This document shows, piece by piece, positions 42,172 to 56,129 of a stretch of 64,000 bases of DNA. A program made the position numbers and the translations under genes. Within the stretch, counting starts at the first letter, position 1. Each line of letters starts with the position of its first letter. The DNA lies in contig OX597819.1 in the NCBI GenBank assembly GCA_951406725.2, positions 35,774,001-35,838,000 of the forward strand. Direction: 5' to 3'. Under the pieces are notes generated by a model. It was not told where the DNA came from. It was given only the letters and a program-made list of their open reading frames with translations, and did no database searches. This stretch comes from Octopus vulgaris. Its lineage: Eukaryota.

Positions 42172-42336
42172 CTAGCATGGGTTGGACGATTTTGACTGAG
42201 GGCTGGCGAGCCAGATGGCTGCACAAGGCTCCAATCTTGATCTAGCAGTGTTTCTACAGCTGCTAGATCAAGATTGGAGCTTTGTGCAGCCATCTGGCTT
42301 GCCAGTCCTCAGTCAAATTCGTCCAACCCACGCTAG
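42172..42336. repeat. Fold-back of a SINE-derived segment (77-bp arms, 11-nt loop)
   Basis: 42172-42248 pairs with 42260-42336 with few mismatches. Confidence 0.9.
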
Positions 42337-44091
42337 AAATGGCAACATTGTTGTCTCAGTGAATAGGATGTAGCAGTTAAATCTCCCCACAAATCACATC
42401 TTTACTATCTTAAATAATATTCAGACAGAATAATGTAGTTGTAGAGAAAAAGAAATAATGTTTGCATGGATAGAATTTGTGGGAAGGAAGAAATAAAATT
42501 GTGTTTTTTATTATTCATTTTAGGAGCCATTTACTTTTATAGCCAGGTAGGGTTTATATTTCTAGCCTAGCAAATACAATGTAAGCTGAGCTCTGTTCTT
42601 ATTGCTGACCGAGTAAATACAATGTGAAAGTGGATCGATGTGACAAACTAGGGCATAAATCAGATTGAAGAATACAAAACAATGGATACATCATCATCAT
42701 CATCACCATCATCATTTAGCATCATCATCATCATCACCATCATCATCACCATCATCATTTAGCAACCGTGGGTTTGACGGTTCACCTGGGGTCTGGGAAG
42801 CCAGAAGGCTGCACCAGGCCCAGTCTGATCTGGCAATGTTTCTACGGCTGGATGCCCTTCCTAATGCCAACCACTCTGTGAGTGTAGTGGGTGCTTTTTA
42901 CGTGCCACCGGCACAGGTGCCAGATGAGGCTGGCAAACAGCCACGATCAGATGGTGCTTTTTACGTGTCACCGGCACGGAGGCCAGTCGGGGTGGCGCTG
43001 GCAATGGCCACGTTCGGATGGTTCTCTTACGTGCCACCGACACTGGTATCACAGCTACAATTTCCATTGATGTTGATCGATTTCGATTTTGGCACAAGGC
43101 TTGAAATTTTGGGGAAGGGGAAAGTTGATTACATCGACCCCAGTATGCAACTGGTACTTATTTTATCAACCCCAAAAGGATGAAAGAGAAAATGGACCTC
43201 GGTAGAATTTGAACTCAGAATGTAAAGACAGATGAAATACCATTTAGCATTGTACCCAATGTGCTAATGATTCTGCCAGCTTGCTGCCTTATACAGTTTT
43301 AAATTTTGGTTTCAGATTTTGGCACAAGGCCAGCAATTTCAGGGGTTAAATAAATTACATCAACCCCAGTGTTCAACTGGTAATTATTTTATCAACCCGG
43401 AATGGATGAAAGGCAAAGTGGATCTTGGCAGAATTTGAACTCAGAACATAAAAACATGAAATGTTGCTAAGCATTTTGCCCAGCGTACCAATGATTCTGC
43501 CAGCTTGCCACCTTATACAGTCTTAAATATTGACTGTGTAAATGTGTAGCCAATAGAAAACACTTGAATCCTACAGGTATTGATTCTCCTTTAAAAGTTA
43601 ATAAAAAATTATTATTGTTTTACACAAACATGAAACCTGACATCATTGCTTATGTGAAATGTGCAAGTTCTAGCGGTTATGTATATGAGGTAAGGGGGCA
43701 AGGGATGTGAGGGGGTAGTGTGAAAGTTATTGTTTTCCTCAGTTGTAGGTGGGTATACAACTGATAGGAATGGATCGCTTGAATGTAAATTATTTTATTT
43801 TTATTTTATATCACAAAACAAAAAAAGAAAAAAAGCAATAAAAAAATTTGTAACTTAAGTTTTACTCTGTCCTCTAGATTGCAATCCATGTTTTTAAAAG
43901 CTGGAAAGATACAGAGACAGAGCAAGAAGGAGAGAGAGAGAGGGGGATAGAGAGAAAGAGAGAGAGGGATTGAGAGAGGAAGAGAGAGAGAGGATCATAC
44001 TGCTAGAAAGAGAGTGAGAGAGAAAGAGAAACATACAGACAGAAAGAGAGTGAGAGATACAGAGAGAAGAGAGAGAGAGAGAGAAGCATAC

Positions 44092-44149
<58 letters not shown>

Positions 44150-44860
44150 AAATATGACGTACTTAAAAGTGAATGCCTGAGAAGAATTGTATGTATAACT
44201 TGCGATGAAGGAGATTAAGGACATAGCTTGAAAATCGACATTATTGTCAGACATGATGGAATGCTGTTGAAAGTGCATGTATTAGACTTTTCCTATGAGT
44301 CAAGAAGTGAATTTGTAAAACAAGCCCTGAAATGGGGCCAAGTGGTAAAAGCAAAAGTCAACACTCTAGTGAAATTCTGAAAAATAATATATTCTTATGG
44401 GAAATAGTAAATTTTGGGATTGAATAGACGTACAAATTAATGATTTGGCTTAAGATTGAAAGAGAAGGCTGATGACATTGTTGTCCCTGTGAAATAGCTG
44501 TCAAATTTCCCTCAGATCATACCTTTGCTATATTAAACAAGGTTTCAACTGGACAAAGTTGTTATTTACATAAGAAGGCTTGTTTGGTTTTTAGATATGC
44601 CCAAGGGGTTGACTTTGGAGCTGAATTCTTTTATTTGTCTACATGTTTCAGTCATTTAACAGTGGCCATGCTGGGGCACTGCTTCAAAGGGTTTTTTTAG
44701 TCGAAGAAATCGTCTCCAGGACTTATTCTTTGTAAGCCTAGTACTTATTCTATTGGTCTCTTTTGCTGAACTTCTAAGTTACAGGGATGTAAACACACCA
44801 ACATCGGTTGTCAAGCAATAATGGGGTGGGGTGGGGACAAACACTGACAGACATATACAC

Positions 44861-44909
<49 letters not shown>

Positions 44910-45410
44910 CAATGGGCTTCTTTCAGTTTCTGTCTACCAAATCTACTCACAAGGCTTTTGGTTGGCCTGAGGCTATAGAAGAAGACTTGCCCAAGGTGCC
45001 ACACAGTGGGACTGAACCCAGAACCATGTTGTTAGGAGGTAAGCTTCTTACCACACAGCCACGCCTGTATAACAACAATAACAACATGAAGTTTAGATGA
45101 ACTATAGTTAAAGAATAGTTAGAAGTCCATTTGCTTTTAACATCTGGTATTTTATACTAACAAGTTAATTGCTTTGCAAGGATGCAGTATTTCATTTTGC
45201 TACCATAATATATGACCAGATATATTACAAGTTCAATATGCTTCAACAACAGAATAAGTACCAGACTTAAAAAAACAATACAAACTGGGGTAAATTTGAT
45301 TTAACTCTTCAAGATAGTGCCCCAGCATGGCTGCTGTCTAATGACTGAAACAAGTAAAAGATAAGACACATTTCTGCCTACCAACTATGTACACAAAGAA
45401 TTTGTTATTC

Positions 45411-48400
45411 TGTTGTGGGGATAATAGCAAAATGATACACCCCCTCCCGTGGGGCGAGTGGTATGTGCCAGTTATTACAAATATGGTGATGTTGGTCTGT
45501 ATAAAAAGAAGGTGCCTAGTAGACAGTCATAAATAGTCATGGTCTTACTTGTTTTATTAACTATACTGCAGAATGGATATTATGACAATCTGACATAAAG
45601 GATTGCAATAGTGGTGATGAAGAATTAACAAACTCACAAAAGTTTTTTGTTTGAATTTTATGGAAAAAAAATTGTAAAATTATGGAAAATTTGTGGGCCA
45701 GTTTGTTCAAGTTGCAAAAACAGCAACAACAGCAACTGAAAGAACAACAACAACAGCAGCTACAACTGCAAGAACAACAGCAGAAGCAACAACAACAACA
45801 ATTATTTTTACAGCAACAAATGCTGTAATTAAAATTAATGAATAGTAAGTTGTCAGGAAATGCTAAAAAATGTTCTTGCCAGATTATGTTGCAAACTCGA
45901 TAACAGGGTTTAAGTATGAACCAGATGAATGAGTTACCTTCGAGGCTTACCATAGAAGATATGAACAAATCTTCTATAAAGAGGGTAAAGATTGAAATGA
46001 CGATATGAAAATGCATTTATTCATAAGAAAACTGGCAGCAGGAGAACATGAGCATTATAGCAATTATGTACTTCCGAAAAAATCTGACATAAAACTTTAG
46101 AAATACAATAGACATACTGTATAAAATTTTAGTAAGAAAAGCTCATTGTTCAATACACATTGGAAATGTTTGAACCTAGAAAAGAACAATGAGGAGGACT
46201 ACATCACATTTGTTGGTAGAGTTAACAGGGAATGTAAAAACTTGAAACTGGATGAATTAATGCCAGATATGTTCAAGTACCTCATATTTACTCAGGGGCT
46301 AACTGCAGAGCAAGACGCAGAAGTAAGAACAAGAATTCTCGCTAAGATGGAAGAAAACCAAGCTGTAACCTTACAACAAGTGTCAGAAGAGTGTGAAAGA
46401 ATATTAAGTTTAAAACATGATACAGGACATAAAAATTACTCCCAAGTGAAATGAGTGAAAAATAGGCAGAATAGAAAGCAAATCTGTGCTAAAATACAGT
46501 GCAAACGTGACAAGAATCAGGAAAAAAAACCATGTTTTGCATGTGGAGGTCTGCAACTGAGAAAAAACTGTTCGTTTAAGAAAGAGGAATGTTTCCATTG
46601 AGGAAAAATTGGACACACACAAGCACACTGTAAAACCAAGATGACAAAATGTTGGAATAAAGGTAAAAGAATAAATAGTATGTCACTGAAAGAAAATAGC
46701 AATGTAATGAAAAGGAAATTCGTAAATGGGAAAATTAAAAATATAAGAGCAAAAATGCAGTTAGACACTGGAAGTGATATTACCATTGAGAATGAAAAAA
46801 CTTGGAAGTATATGGGTAAGCCAAAATTAAGTAAATCTACAAAAGTAGCACATGGTGTTACAGGTAAAAGATTGTATTTTGTTGGCAAATTTGTGTGTAA
46901 TGTAACTGTTCAGGACCAGATGAAAATGGCAAAAATGTATGTGCAAAAAATTCAGTTAATCTATTCAGCACAGAGTGGATGGAACTATTCAAATTGTGGA
47001 ATACTCCCATAAGTGTTTTGTGTGGGAATATAGTCAGTTCAGTCGAAGGTTTGAATGTGGCTGAGCAATTGAAATAAAAAATAAAACATTTATTTCCAAA
47101 CGTTTACTTGGAGGAACTGGGCTGTTGCATGAAAACCAGAGCAAAGATTGCAGTAAAACAAAGTGCAACACCTGTATTTAAGCCAAAATGGAATACACCA
47201 CTCATGGCAATAGACCAGGTAAATAAGGAGCTTGAAAGACTTAAGAGCCTAGGAATAATTGAGAAGACGGACCACTCAGATTGGGCAGTCTATGTAAAAC
47301 AGAAAAATAACAAGTTAAGATTTGTGCAGATTTTTCAACAGGTTTGAATGATTGCTTAATCTCACATAACTACCCATTGCCAAGTCTTGAGGAAATGTTT
47401 GCAAAACAGAATGGAGGGAAATTATTCTCAAAATTAGACCTCTTGGAGGCATATCTACAAATCCAAGTTGAAGAAGAATGTTCACATTTATTAATCATCA
47501 ATACACATTAATATTGCTATCACCTATTTAGACAATATTCTAATAAAAAGCAAACAATATGAACAACATGTAGAACATGTTAAAATGGTATTTGAGAAGA
47601 TTAGAGAATATGGCTTCAAGTTAACAGAAGAAAAATGTGAGTTTTTTATGAAAAAATTAAATACTTGGGCCAGATCATAGATAAAAATGGATGTAAACTG
47701 AATCTATCCAGAGCAACTGCAATAAAAATATGCCCATGCTAAATAATGTGACTATATTATAAGCATCCTTGGGTTTAGTAAATTATTATCAAATTTACAT
47801 TCCCAATATATATAATATAAGGGCCCTGCTCAATGATCTGTTAAAGAAAATACAAAATGGTGTTGGACTGATAAGTGTCAGAAGGCATTTGACAAGTTAA
47901 AAAACATTTAAACATTGAACTTATTGTTCATGCATTTTGATCCAAAGTTGGACACTATATTGGCTACAGATGCGAGTGATTACGGTGTAGGAGCCACACT
48001 TCTGCACAAATATGACAATGGGAATAAAAAGGCTATAACCCTTGTGTCACGATCATTATTACCAGCTGAAAGGAACTATAGCCAGATAGAAAAAAAGGAA
48101 GAGTTAGCAATCATATTTGGTGTGAAAAAATACCATAGGTTTATTCATGGAAAAAGTTTCTCTTTACAAATAGACCATTGCCAACTACTGTCAATATATG
48201 GTTCTAAAATAGGAATACTGACACACACAGCAAATAGACTACAGTGATGGGGCACTACATTATTGAATTGTGACTACAAAATGGAATATTTACCATAAAA
48301 AAACCTAGGGCATGTGGATGGTATGTCCTGACTGATACCAAAACACTGTGGGCTGTTTGAAGATACAGTAATTGCAGCTTTAAGAGCAGAAGGAGAAATA

Positions 48401-49892
48401 AAAAATGTGGTGTGGAATGTGGTATGCGAAATACCAGTAACCCTTGAAGACATAAAGCAAAATGCGGTAAAGGACAAATTCATAACAGAAGTGAAAAGAA
48501 CACAGTGACCAGGAAAAGTAAATAGGAACAGGATTGGTGTGAAATGAAACCAAGACGTGAACCTATACTCAATTTGTGATGGCATATTGATGTATGCACA
48601 GAAAATAGTGATACCTGAAACACTACAAAAAAAATGTTGAAGGAATTTCATGTTGGACATCCTGGTATTTCAAGGACAAAAGCTTTGATGTGTAGGTACG
48701 TGTACCGCCCAAAAATGGATAAAGAAATTGAAAATTTAGCGAAAGGCTGTAGAGGATGTGCTCTAGCAGCAAAATTACTGATGATAAAATGTGAACCTTG
48801 GCCAAAAGTGGATGCTTTGTGGTCAAGACTACACATCAATTTCACTGGTCCTTTAAACAGTTCATACTAGTTAGTGATAGTGGATAGTTTCTCTAAATGA
48901 CCAGAAACTTGTAAGTGTAAAAAAAGCAGCCTCCTCGACTGTAACAAATTTTTTACATGAGAAGTTTGTGAGATTTGGCATCCCAAATGCAATAGTGTCT
49001 GACAATGGAACACAATTTGTGTCTTTTGAATTTAAAAAAGTTTTGTGAAACGCTTGCTGTAGAACATGTAACTATGGCACTACATCATCCCAGGTCTAAT
49101 GGACAAGCAGAATGCTTTGTCAGTACATTCAAGAGAGCCCAAAGAAAGTCGAATAAGGAAGTCAGGGATGAGGTAGCTATACAACAATTCTTAAGAGTAT
49201 AGTGTATGACACCAAATTCAAATACACCAGCAGGTATGTCACCAGCGAGGAAAATAAAATCAGTCTTCGACAAATTGCTACCAAGCAAGAAAAGAAAAAA
49301 TTGCAAGGGAAAATACACCAAGATTTTTCAAAATTGGTGAAAAGGTATTTGTGGGAACATATAAGAATGATAAACAGAGTTGGGAAGATGGCATGATTAC
49401 CAAATGCATAGGAGAAATGCTATACTTGGTAAAAAGTAGAAAAGGTGTATACAAGGGAATAGTTATATGATACTTTGCAAATACTAATGCCACTACAGGT
49501 GATTGAACCCATGTACACAAGCATAAGAAAAAAAATGTATGGAGTTCCTGGAAGTGGATACCAAATGGAAAAAATATTAAATGTGTAACTAAGAAAAAAA
49601 AGTGGTGGGTTGATATATAAAGTATTGTTATTAAAAGAAATAAAATGACACTCCCTAAGAAAAAAAGAAAAACTTTGAAGGGGAGATGTTGTGGGGATAA
49701 TTGTAATAATGGTACACCCCTCCCACGTGATGAAGGATATGTGCTAGTTGCTATAAATAAGGTGACGTCAGTCAGTATAAAGAGAGAGCATGTAGTAGAC
49801 AGTCATGGATAGTCATGGGTTTACTTGTCTTACTAACTATATTGCTATACCAGTGTGGGTGTCATAACAATCTGACATAAAAGATTACAACA
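45411..49892 (+). mobile_element. Near full-length, pseudogenised Ty3/Gypsy LTR retrotransposon
   Basis: LTRs 45411-45610 and 49687-49892, TSD TATTC, PBS TGGTGATGA, PPT gaaggggaga. Domain order: gag (polyQ, CCHC), PR (LDTGS), RT (YLDN in place of YxDD), RNase H (ATDAS), IN (HVGHPG..C..C, SDNGTQF, HPRSNGQAE). Many stops and frameshifts. Confidence 0.95.
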
Positions 49893-50259
49893 TATTCTCA
49901 CCCAAAGTGCTGTGCAGTGGGATTGAACCCGAAATCATGTATTTGCATGGCCAATTTCTTAACCACACAGCCATGTCTGTGCTTGATATCATTTTAGTAG
50001 TATTAGATTCTTTTTTTTTAAGGAAGTATAAAGTGATTTTTAAATCACATCATTTACTTCTATTTCTAGCAGGCTGAACAGCCATTTAGAGTAGCAGCCC
50101 TCAACTTGTTTTTAAACTGTGTATTGGTTCCATGCAAGACAATTTTCTCAAAGACTGAGGTATCATATGCATAACAAAACACAATTAATTATTGCCTACA
50201 TAATACCTATATATTACATACATAATACATATTTAATGCAATAGTCAATAAAAAAAGAA

Positions 50260-51365
50260 ATAAAGTTTTTGATAAGCCCACTGGCTATTTGCAGCATTAG
50301 TACCTGAATAAATTCAATATATCGTTGATGAGAGATTTGGCTGTTATATCACTGCTGGATGTCTGTCACTGAGGAGGCCAAAATAGGGTGAAATCAAATG
50401 ATCTAGCAGATGGTTCTTGTCTGCCAACAATATAAATATGAGTGTTCTTATGCATCACAAGTCCTTATGAGAGGTCCTCTCAAGATGAATAATACAATAT
50501 TTTGTGTTCTAATGCAACATACAAGTTAAGCTGGAGATAAAGATTACCTTTTGGCATTTATATTGTTTCTGTCACTATTAAAGATTTTTTTATAAGCCCA
50601 CTGGTTATTTGCAACATCAGTGACTTAATAGACACTGATATTCTATATATCATTGATGGGAGATTTGGCTGCTATATAACTACTAGCTGGCAGAAACGTT
50701 AGCACGCCGGGCGAAATGCGTAGCCGTATTTCGTCTGCCGTTACGTTCTAGGTTCAAATTCTGCCGAGGTCGACTTTGCCTTTCATCCTTTCGGGGTCGA
50801 TAAAGTAAGTACCAGTTACGCACTGGGGTCGATGTAATCGACTTAATCCCTTTGTCTGTCTTTGTTTGTCCTCTCTGTGTTTAGCCCCCAGTGGGTAGTA
50901 AAGAAATATATAACTACTGGATGTATAAGGCGGCGAGCTAGCAGAAACGTTAGCACGCTGGGCGAAATGCGTAGCCGTATTTTGTCTGTCATTACGTTCT
51001 GAGTTCAAATTCCGCCGAGGTCAACTTTGCCATTCATCCTTTCGGGGTCGATAAATTAAGTACCAGTTACGCACTGGGGTCGATATAATAGACTTAATCC
51101 CTTTGTCTGTCCTTGTTTGTCCCCTCTGTGTTTAGCCCCTTGTGGGTAGTAAAGAAATATATAACTACTGGATGTATGTCACTGAAGAGCTCCAGACAGG
51201 GCAAAATCATGTGATCTCACAATCCTGGATGCTGTAGCAGATAATTCTCATTTACCAACAGTATAAATATCAGCATGAGTTCATGTGAAAAGTCCTTTCA
51301 AGATAAATAATGCAGTATTCTATGTTCTAACACAACATCCAAGTTAAGTTGGAGACAAAGAATAT
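50260..51365 (+). repeat. Diverged tandem dimer of a ~310-bp unit with hammerhead-like core
   Basis: Unit 1 ~50260-50570 aligns with unit 2 ~50580-51365 once two SINEs are removed; CTGAGGA at 50369 and CTGAAGA at 51182. Confidence 0.7.
50686..51158 (+). mobile_element. Two family 1 SINEs inserted head-to-tail at one site
   Basis: Target ATATAACTACT occurs three times (~50674, ~50908, ~51159). Confidence 0.85.
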
Positions 51366-52434
51366 CTTTGGTAATTAATCATTTAAAAAAAATATATTCT
51401 TTCTGTGAGGCCGTATACTTGTATATGACCTGGTGGTCAATAACCCTTGATTTAGGGTTTCATACAGAATTGATTTTAAATATTGAAACATACTCTTGTT
51501 TCCATTGAAATGCAGTTAAATTCTATCATTTTTGCCATTTCCCTTGCACTCTGTTTAAATTTTTTTCTCCATCAATTCATTTTTTCAATTTGAGTTCTTT
51601 CTCTTTCACTGTTTTTCTCTCTCTCTACGTCTCAATTTTTCTATCTGTCTGTTTGTCTATCTTTTATTTTTTATTTCTTTTTGTAATTCAATGTTTCTTT
51701 TCCCCTTTATTTTCTGCATCTGATTCTCTGTCCTGCCTTTAACTTTCCATTCTCCCTTTGACACACTCATCAATATAATTTTCCTTTCCTCTTTCTTCCT
51801 TTACTTGTCTCACAATTCTCTCTCTCTCTCTCTCTGTTGCCTTGTTTTTACCTTCATTTCTAGTAGGTTTTTTGCTATCTCTTCCCTCTTTCTCTTTTTC
51901 TCTCCTCTTTTCCTCCCTACCTCTCCCCCCTCTCTCTCTTTTTCTATCATCATCATCATCAACATGTTTCTTTATTGCTTTTCCTCATATTTGTACAAAT
52001 CTTCTCATTAGCAATTATCACATTCTATGGAAGTTAGAGGAGAGAGAAAGAAAGAGAGAAAGAAAGAGTGAAAGAGAAAGAAAGGAAGAGAAAGAAGAAT
52101 ACTTAAAACAACCACATGATGAATTTTGATTGGATGTTTTGTGTATACGTCAGTTATCGGAATCGGTTCAAGAGGAAAGCAAAATAGTGTATTAGTCTTA
52201 AAACTGAAACAAAGCAGTGTGTTTTAGTGTGTGGACTGGTTAGACCCAGATTATACTATCAGGTTCAGAGAAAATTTTGTTATCAAGATATGGTTGTTGA
52301 ACGGAACAAGAAAACAAATTTCATACGCATCTTGACATTTCCACTGATAAAACTGTAACAAACTCCTGCTGCTGTATAAAGGTGAAGGTTTAATTAAAAG
52401 AAAAAAATTACTTTTTCTTTAATCATCATCATCA

Positions 52435-52782
52435 TTTCGTTTTTGGATTTGGTTTGCAAGATTCTTTATATGAGTTCATGTGTTGAAGCATATTCTGTTG
52501 TGTTTGGGGGAGAGTCATTTTCTTTTTGTGCCTTATTATTTAACACACTCACTGGTAAAATTTGCACTTATTTCTTATTTTTATGTTCCTAAAATTTTCG
52601 TTGCGTCTTGCAACCTTTGCAATTGTCTTTCAATAGTTTTCAATAGTTTTGAGTCAAGACTATTGAAAAGGTTGCAAGACGCAACGAAAATTTTAGAAAA
52701 TAAAAATAAGAAAAAAGAGGAAATTTTATCGGTGAGAGTGTTAAATAAGGCACAAAAAGAGAATGACTCTCCCCAGACACAA
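52435..52782. mobile_element. Fold-back element with U3-A8 hammerhead-like motif
   Basis: Arms ~52497-52618 and ~52667-52782 are imperfect reverse complements; motif at 52660-52696. Confidence 0.75.
52660..52696 (+). ncRNA. Hammerhead-like motif with U3-A8 core
   Basis: CTA TTGAAAA G GTTGC aagac GCAAC GAAA AT TT TAG. Confidence 0.55.
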
Positions 52783-53042
52783 GCATCATCATTGTTTTAT
52801 TGTTTGCATGTTCACTTTTTCAAGCTTGTATAAGTTAAGTAAAATTTACTGAGGTAGATTCTTTTTGCAGCCAGAAGTGCTTCTTGTCTCAACCATCAAC
52901 TCTTCCCAAGCAAGGTGATATTTCCTCTAGTCCTTTGAACATGAAACAGTTCAATGGCTGAATATTGCAAGCAAACAGCACTGCTTGTGTGATGGTAACA
53001 TTTGTTGACAACTGTTGCATGATGTCAAGACAAATAGACACA

Positions 53043-53085
<43 letters not shown>

Positions 53086-53689
53086 AACACACACAAACAC
53101 ACACACACACACACATTCACATACTCGAAGATACATACATGCAATAGGTTTCTGTCCTCCATTTCCACTGAAAAGGTTTTGGGTTGCCTTGAGCTTTTCT
53201 TGAAGTCTCTAACCCAAAGTGTCATTTGTTTGGTGGAAATGAACCCAAAACCATGTAGCAGCAAAGCTTGTGTCTCAGATGTCCTGTAAAGTTTCATGGA
53301 TATTGCTTTCCCACCCGATTTAAAATTTTAAAAAAAGCAGGTAAAACATTCGTGTTGCAACCGAAGAATGTAAAGTTTATATTTTGCCAGTGGTACCATA
53401 TACATCTTAGGAATTACACATATTCCTCTCTGTTATATTCTTTTTTATTATTTTTTCTTTTTACTTGCTTCAGTCATTTGACTGTAGCCATGCTGGAGCA
53501 CTGCCTTTAGTTGAAGAAATCGATCCCATGACTCATTCATTGTAAACCTAGTTCTTATTCTATCAGTCTCTTTTGCTGAACTCCAAAGTAATGGAGACAT
53601 AAACGCACCAACATTGGTTGTCAAGCGATGGCAGGGGTTGGGTGGGTGGAAACAAATGCAGACACAAAGACACACACACATATAAATGA

Positions 53690-53755
<66 letters not shown>

Positions 53756-53788
53756 CATGTATGTGTATGTATATATATATATGCATGT

Positions 53789-53829
<41 letters not shown>

Positions 53830-53897
53830 ATGGGCTTCTTTCAGTTTCCATCTACCAAATCCACTCACAAGGCTTTGGTTGGCCTGAGGCTATAATA

Positions 53898-54463
53898 TTG
53901 GGTTGTCTGGAAAGTTCATGCCGATTTATAGTAGCTTACTTTTCGACTTATTTTAGAACATGGTTGAGTCCATAAAATAGGATTTGACTACACCTCCATT
54001 TAGAGCATAGTTTAAGCTATCTTTTCATGGAAGAAGGTTTATGTTCCTATAACCTGTGTTAATTCTGTAATCCTTTATAATGGAAGATAAGAAAGTTCAT
54101 TTTTGGCACTTGATGCTTTGAGAACCAGGCAGAAATTGCTGCAGCTTGGCTTGGATGTGTTACCCCACCCTCCATATTCACCAGATGTTGCTCCTTCAGA
54201 TTTCCACTTATTCAGGTTTCTGCAGAATAGTCTTAATGGTAAAAATTTCCATTCCTTGGATGACGTAAAAAGATACCTTGATGAATTCTTTGCCATGAAA
54301 CCCCAACAACTCTGGGAAGAGGGTATTTTCAAGTTAAAGGAAAGATGGAGATGCATTGTGCAACAAAAGGGTTCATATTTGGTTGATTAAAAATGTAATG
54401 GCAAGTATTTATTGACCTTTTTCTTTCTTTTAAAAATTGGCACGAACTTTCCAGACAATCCAA
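53898..54463 (+). mobile_element. Internally deleted mariner element inserted in a family 2 SINE
   Basis: TIRs ttgggttgtctggaaagttcatgccgattt / aaattggcacgaactttccagacaatccaa; TA TSD; ORF 54103-54390 contains HPPYSPDVAPSDFHLF. Confidence 0.92.
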
Positions 54464-55637
54464 TAGAACACACTTGTCCAAGGTGCCATGCAATGGGTCT
54501 GAACCTGTTACCTTTATCTGTGTGGTGAATATGAGCTCAAATATATTTCTTTATTGCCCACAAGGGGCTAAACATAGAGGGGACAAACAAGGACAAACAA
54601 AGGGATTAAGTCGATTACATCGACTCCAGTGCGGAACTGGTACTTATTTAATCGACCCCGAAAGGATGAAAGGCAAAGTTGACCTCAGCGGAATTTGAAC
54701 TCAGAACATAATGGCAGACAAAATACTGCTAAGCATTTCGCCCGACGCGCTAACGTTTCTGCCAGCTTGCCACCCAAATATAGAAACTGACAAAAAAAGA
54801 AAGCAAATACCAGCAAAGGTTCCTATTTTCTAATGAGATCAAGAATATGGATTGAGTGGCGAGATTAAGACAAGAGGCAAATCTTACTGCTGGTAGTTTC
54901 AGTGTTTGATAATTTACAGTACATGAAGGTCGTCATCATTGTTTTAACGTCCACTTTTTGATGCTTGCATTGTCATGCAGAATTTGTTAAGAGAGATCTT
55001 CTATGGTCAGTTACCTTTCCTGTTGCCAACCCTTGTTTTCCCCATTCCCAAGCATGCTCTCACAGAAGATTGGATACATCACTTGTATGATAGTGATGCT
55101 CATTTATAACTATCACACAATGTAAATACAAAGAGACACAAACACACACTTGCCCGTGCATGCACACACACACACACATGCTCACACATGTGCACACACA
55201 CACACACACACACAAACATACACACACATATATACACACATACATGCATGCATAACGCATATAAATATACATCCTTTATCGTTTACTTGTTTTTGGGTCA
55301 ATGAACTCTGACCATTCTGGGGCATGACCTTGGAGGGTCAAGTCAAACAATTTGACCCCCTAGTACTTATATGCTTTTTAAAGCCTGATATTTATTATAT
55401 GAGTCTCTTTTACTGACTACTAAGTTATGGGGATGTAAACAAACCAACACCCCTTGTCATGCAGTGGGTGAGGGAACAAACACAAAGACACACACATGTA
55501 GATATATACATAGATACATACACAGACACATGCACACACACACACACATACATGGCTCCTTGAGCAAGTACCTTCTTCTATAACCTTGGGCCGACCAAAG
55601 CCTTGTGAGTGAATTTGGTAGATGGAAACTGAAAGCC

Positions 55638-55680
<43 letters not shown>

Positions 55681-56129
55681 TGTGTGTGTATATGTTTGTG
55701 TGCCTGTGTTTGCTCCCCCCAACATCACTTGACAACTGATGCTGGTGTGTTTGCGTCCCCATAACTTAGCACTTTGGCAAAAGAGGCAGATAGAATAAGT
55801 ACTAGGCTTCCAAAGAATACGTCCTGGGGTCGATTTGCTCGACTAAAGGTGGTGCTCCAGCATGGCCACAGTCAAATGACTGAAACAAGTAAAAGAACAA
55901 AAGAACAGCCACATTTACGTTAGCTGATAATATAGTCATTATTAATAATAAAAAATTAAGCAAAATTAGAAATTATGTGCCTGAGTCTTATCACCCTAGT
56001 AGTTTGTCTGCTTCTAACTCCCCTGTTAATAATACATCATGATCTAACACAAATATTACTGTTTATTTTGTGCCTCTTCATAACAATAGGTTTAGTAATA
56101 ATACAATAAATAATTCTTTGCTACCTAGG

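Noticed and set aside
44150-44420. Possible LINE ORF1 relic (KVHVLDFSYESRSEFVKQALKWGQV)
   Set aside because: No diagnostic motif; the similarity is only impressionistic.
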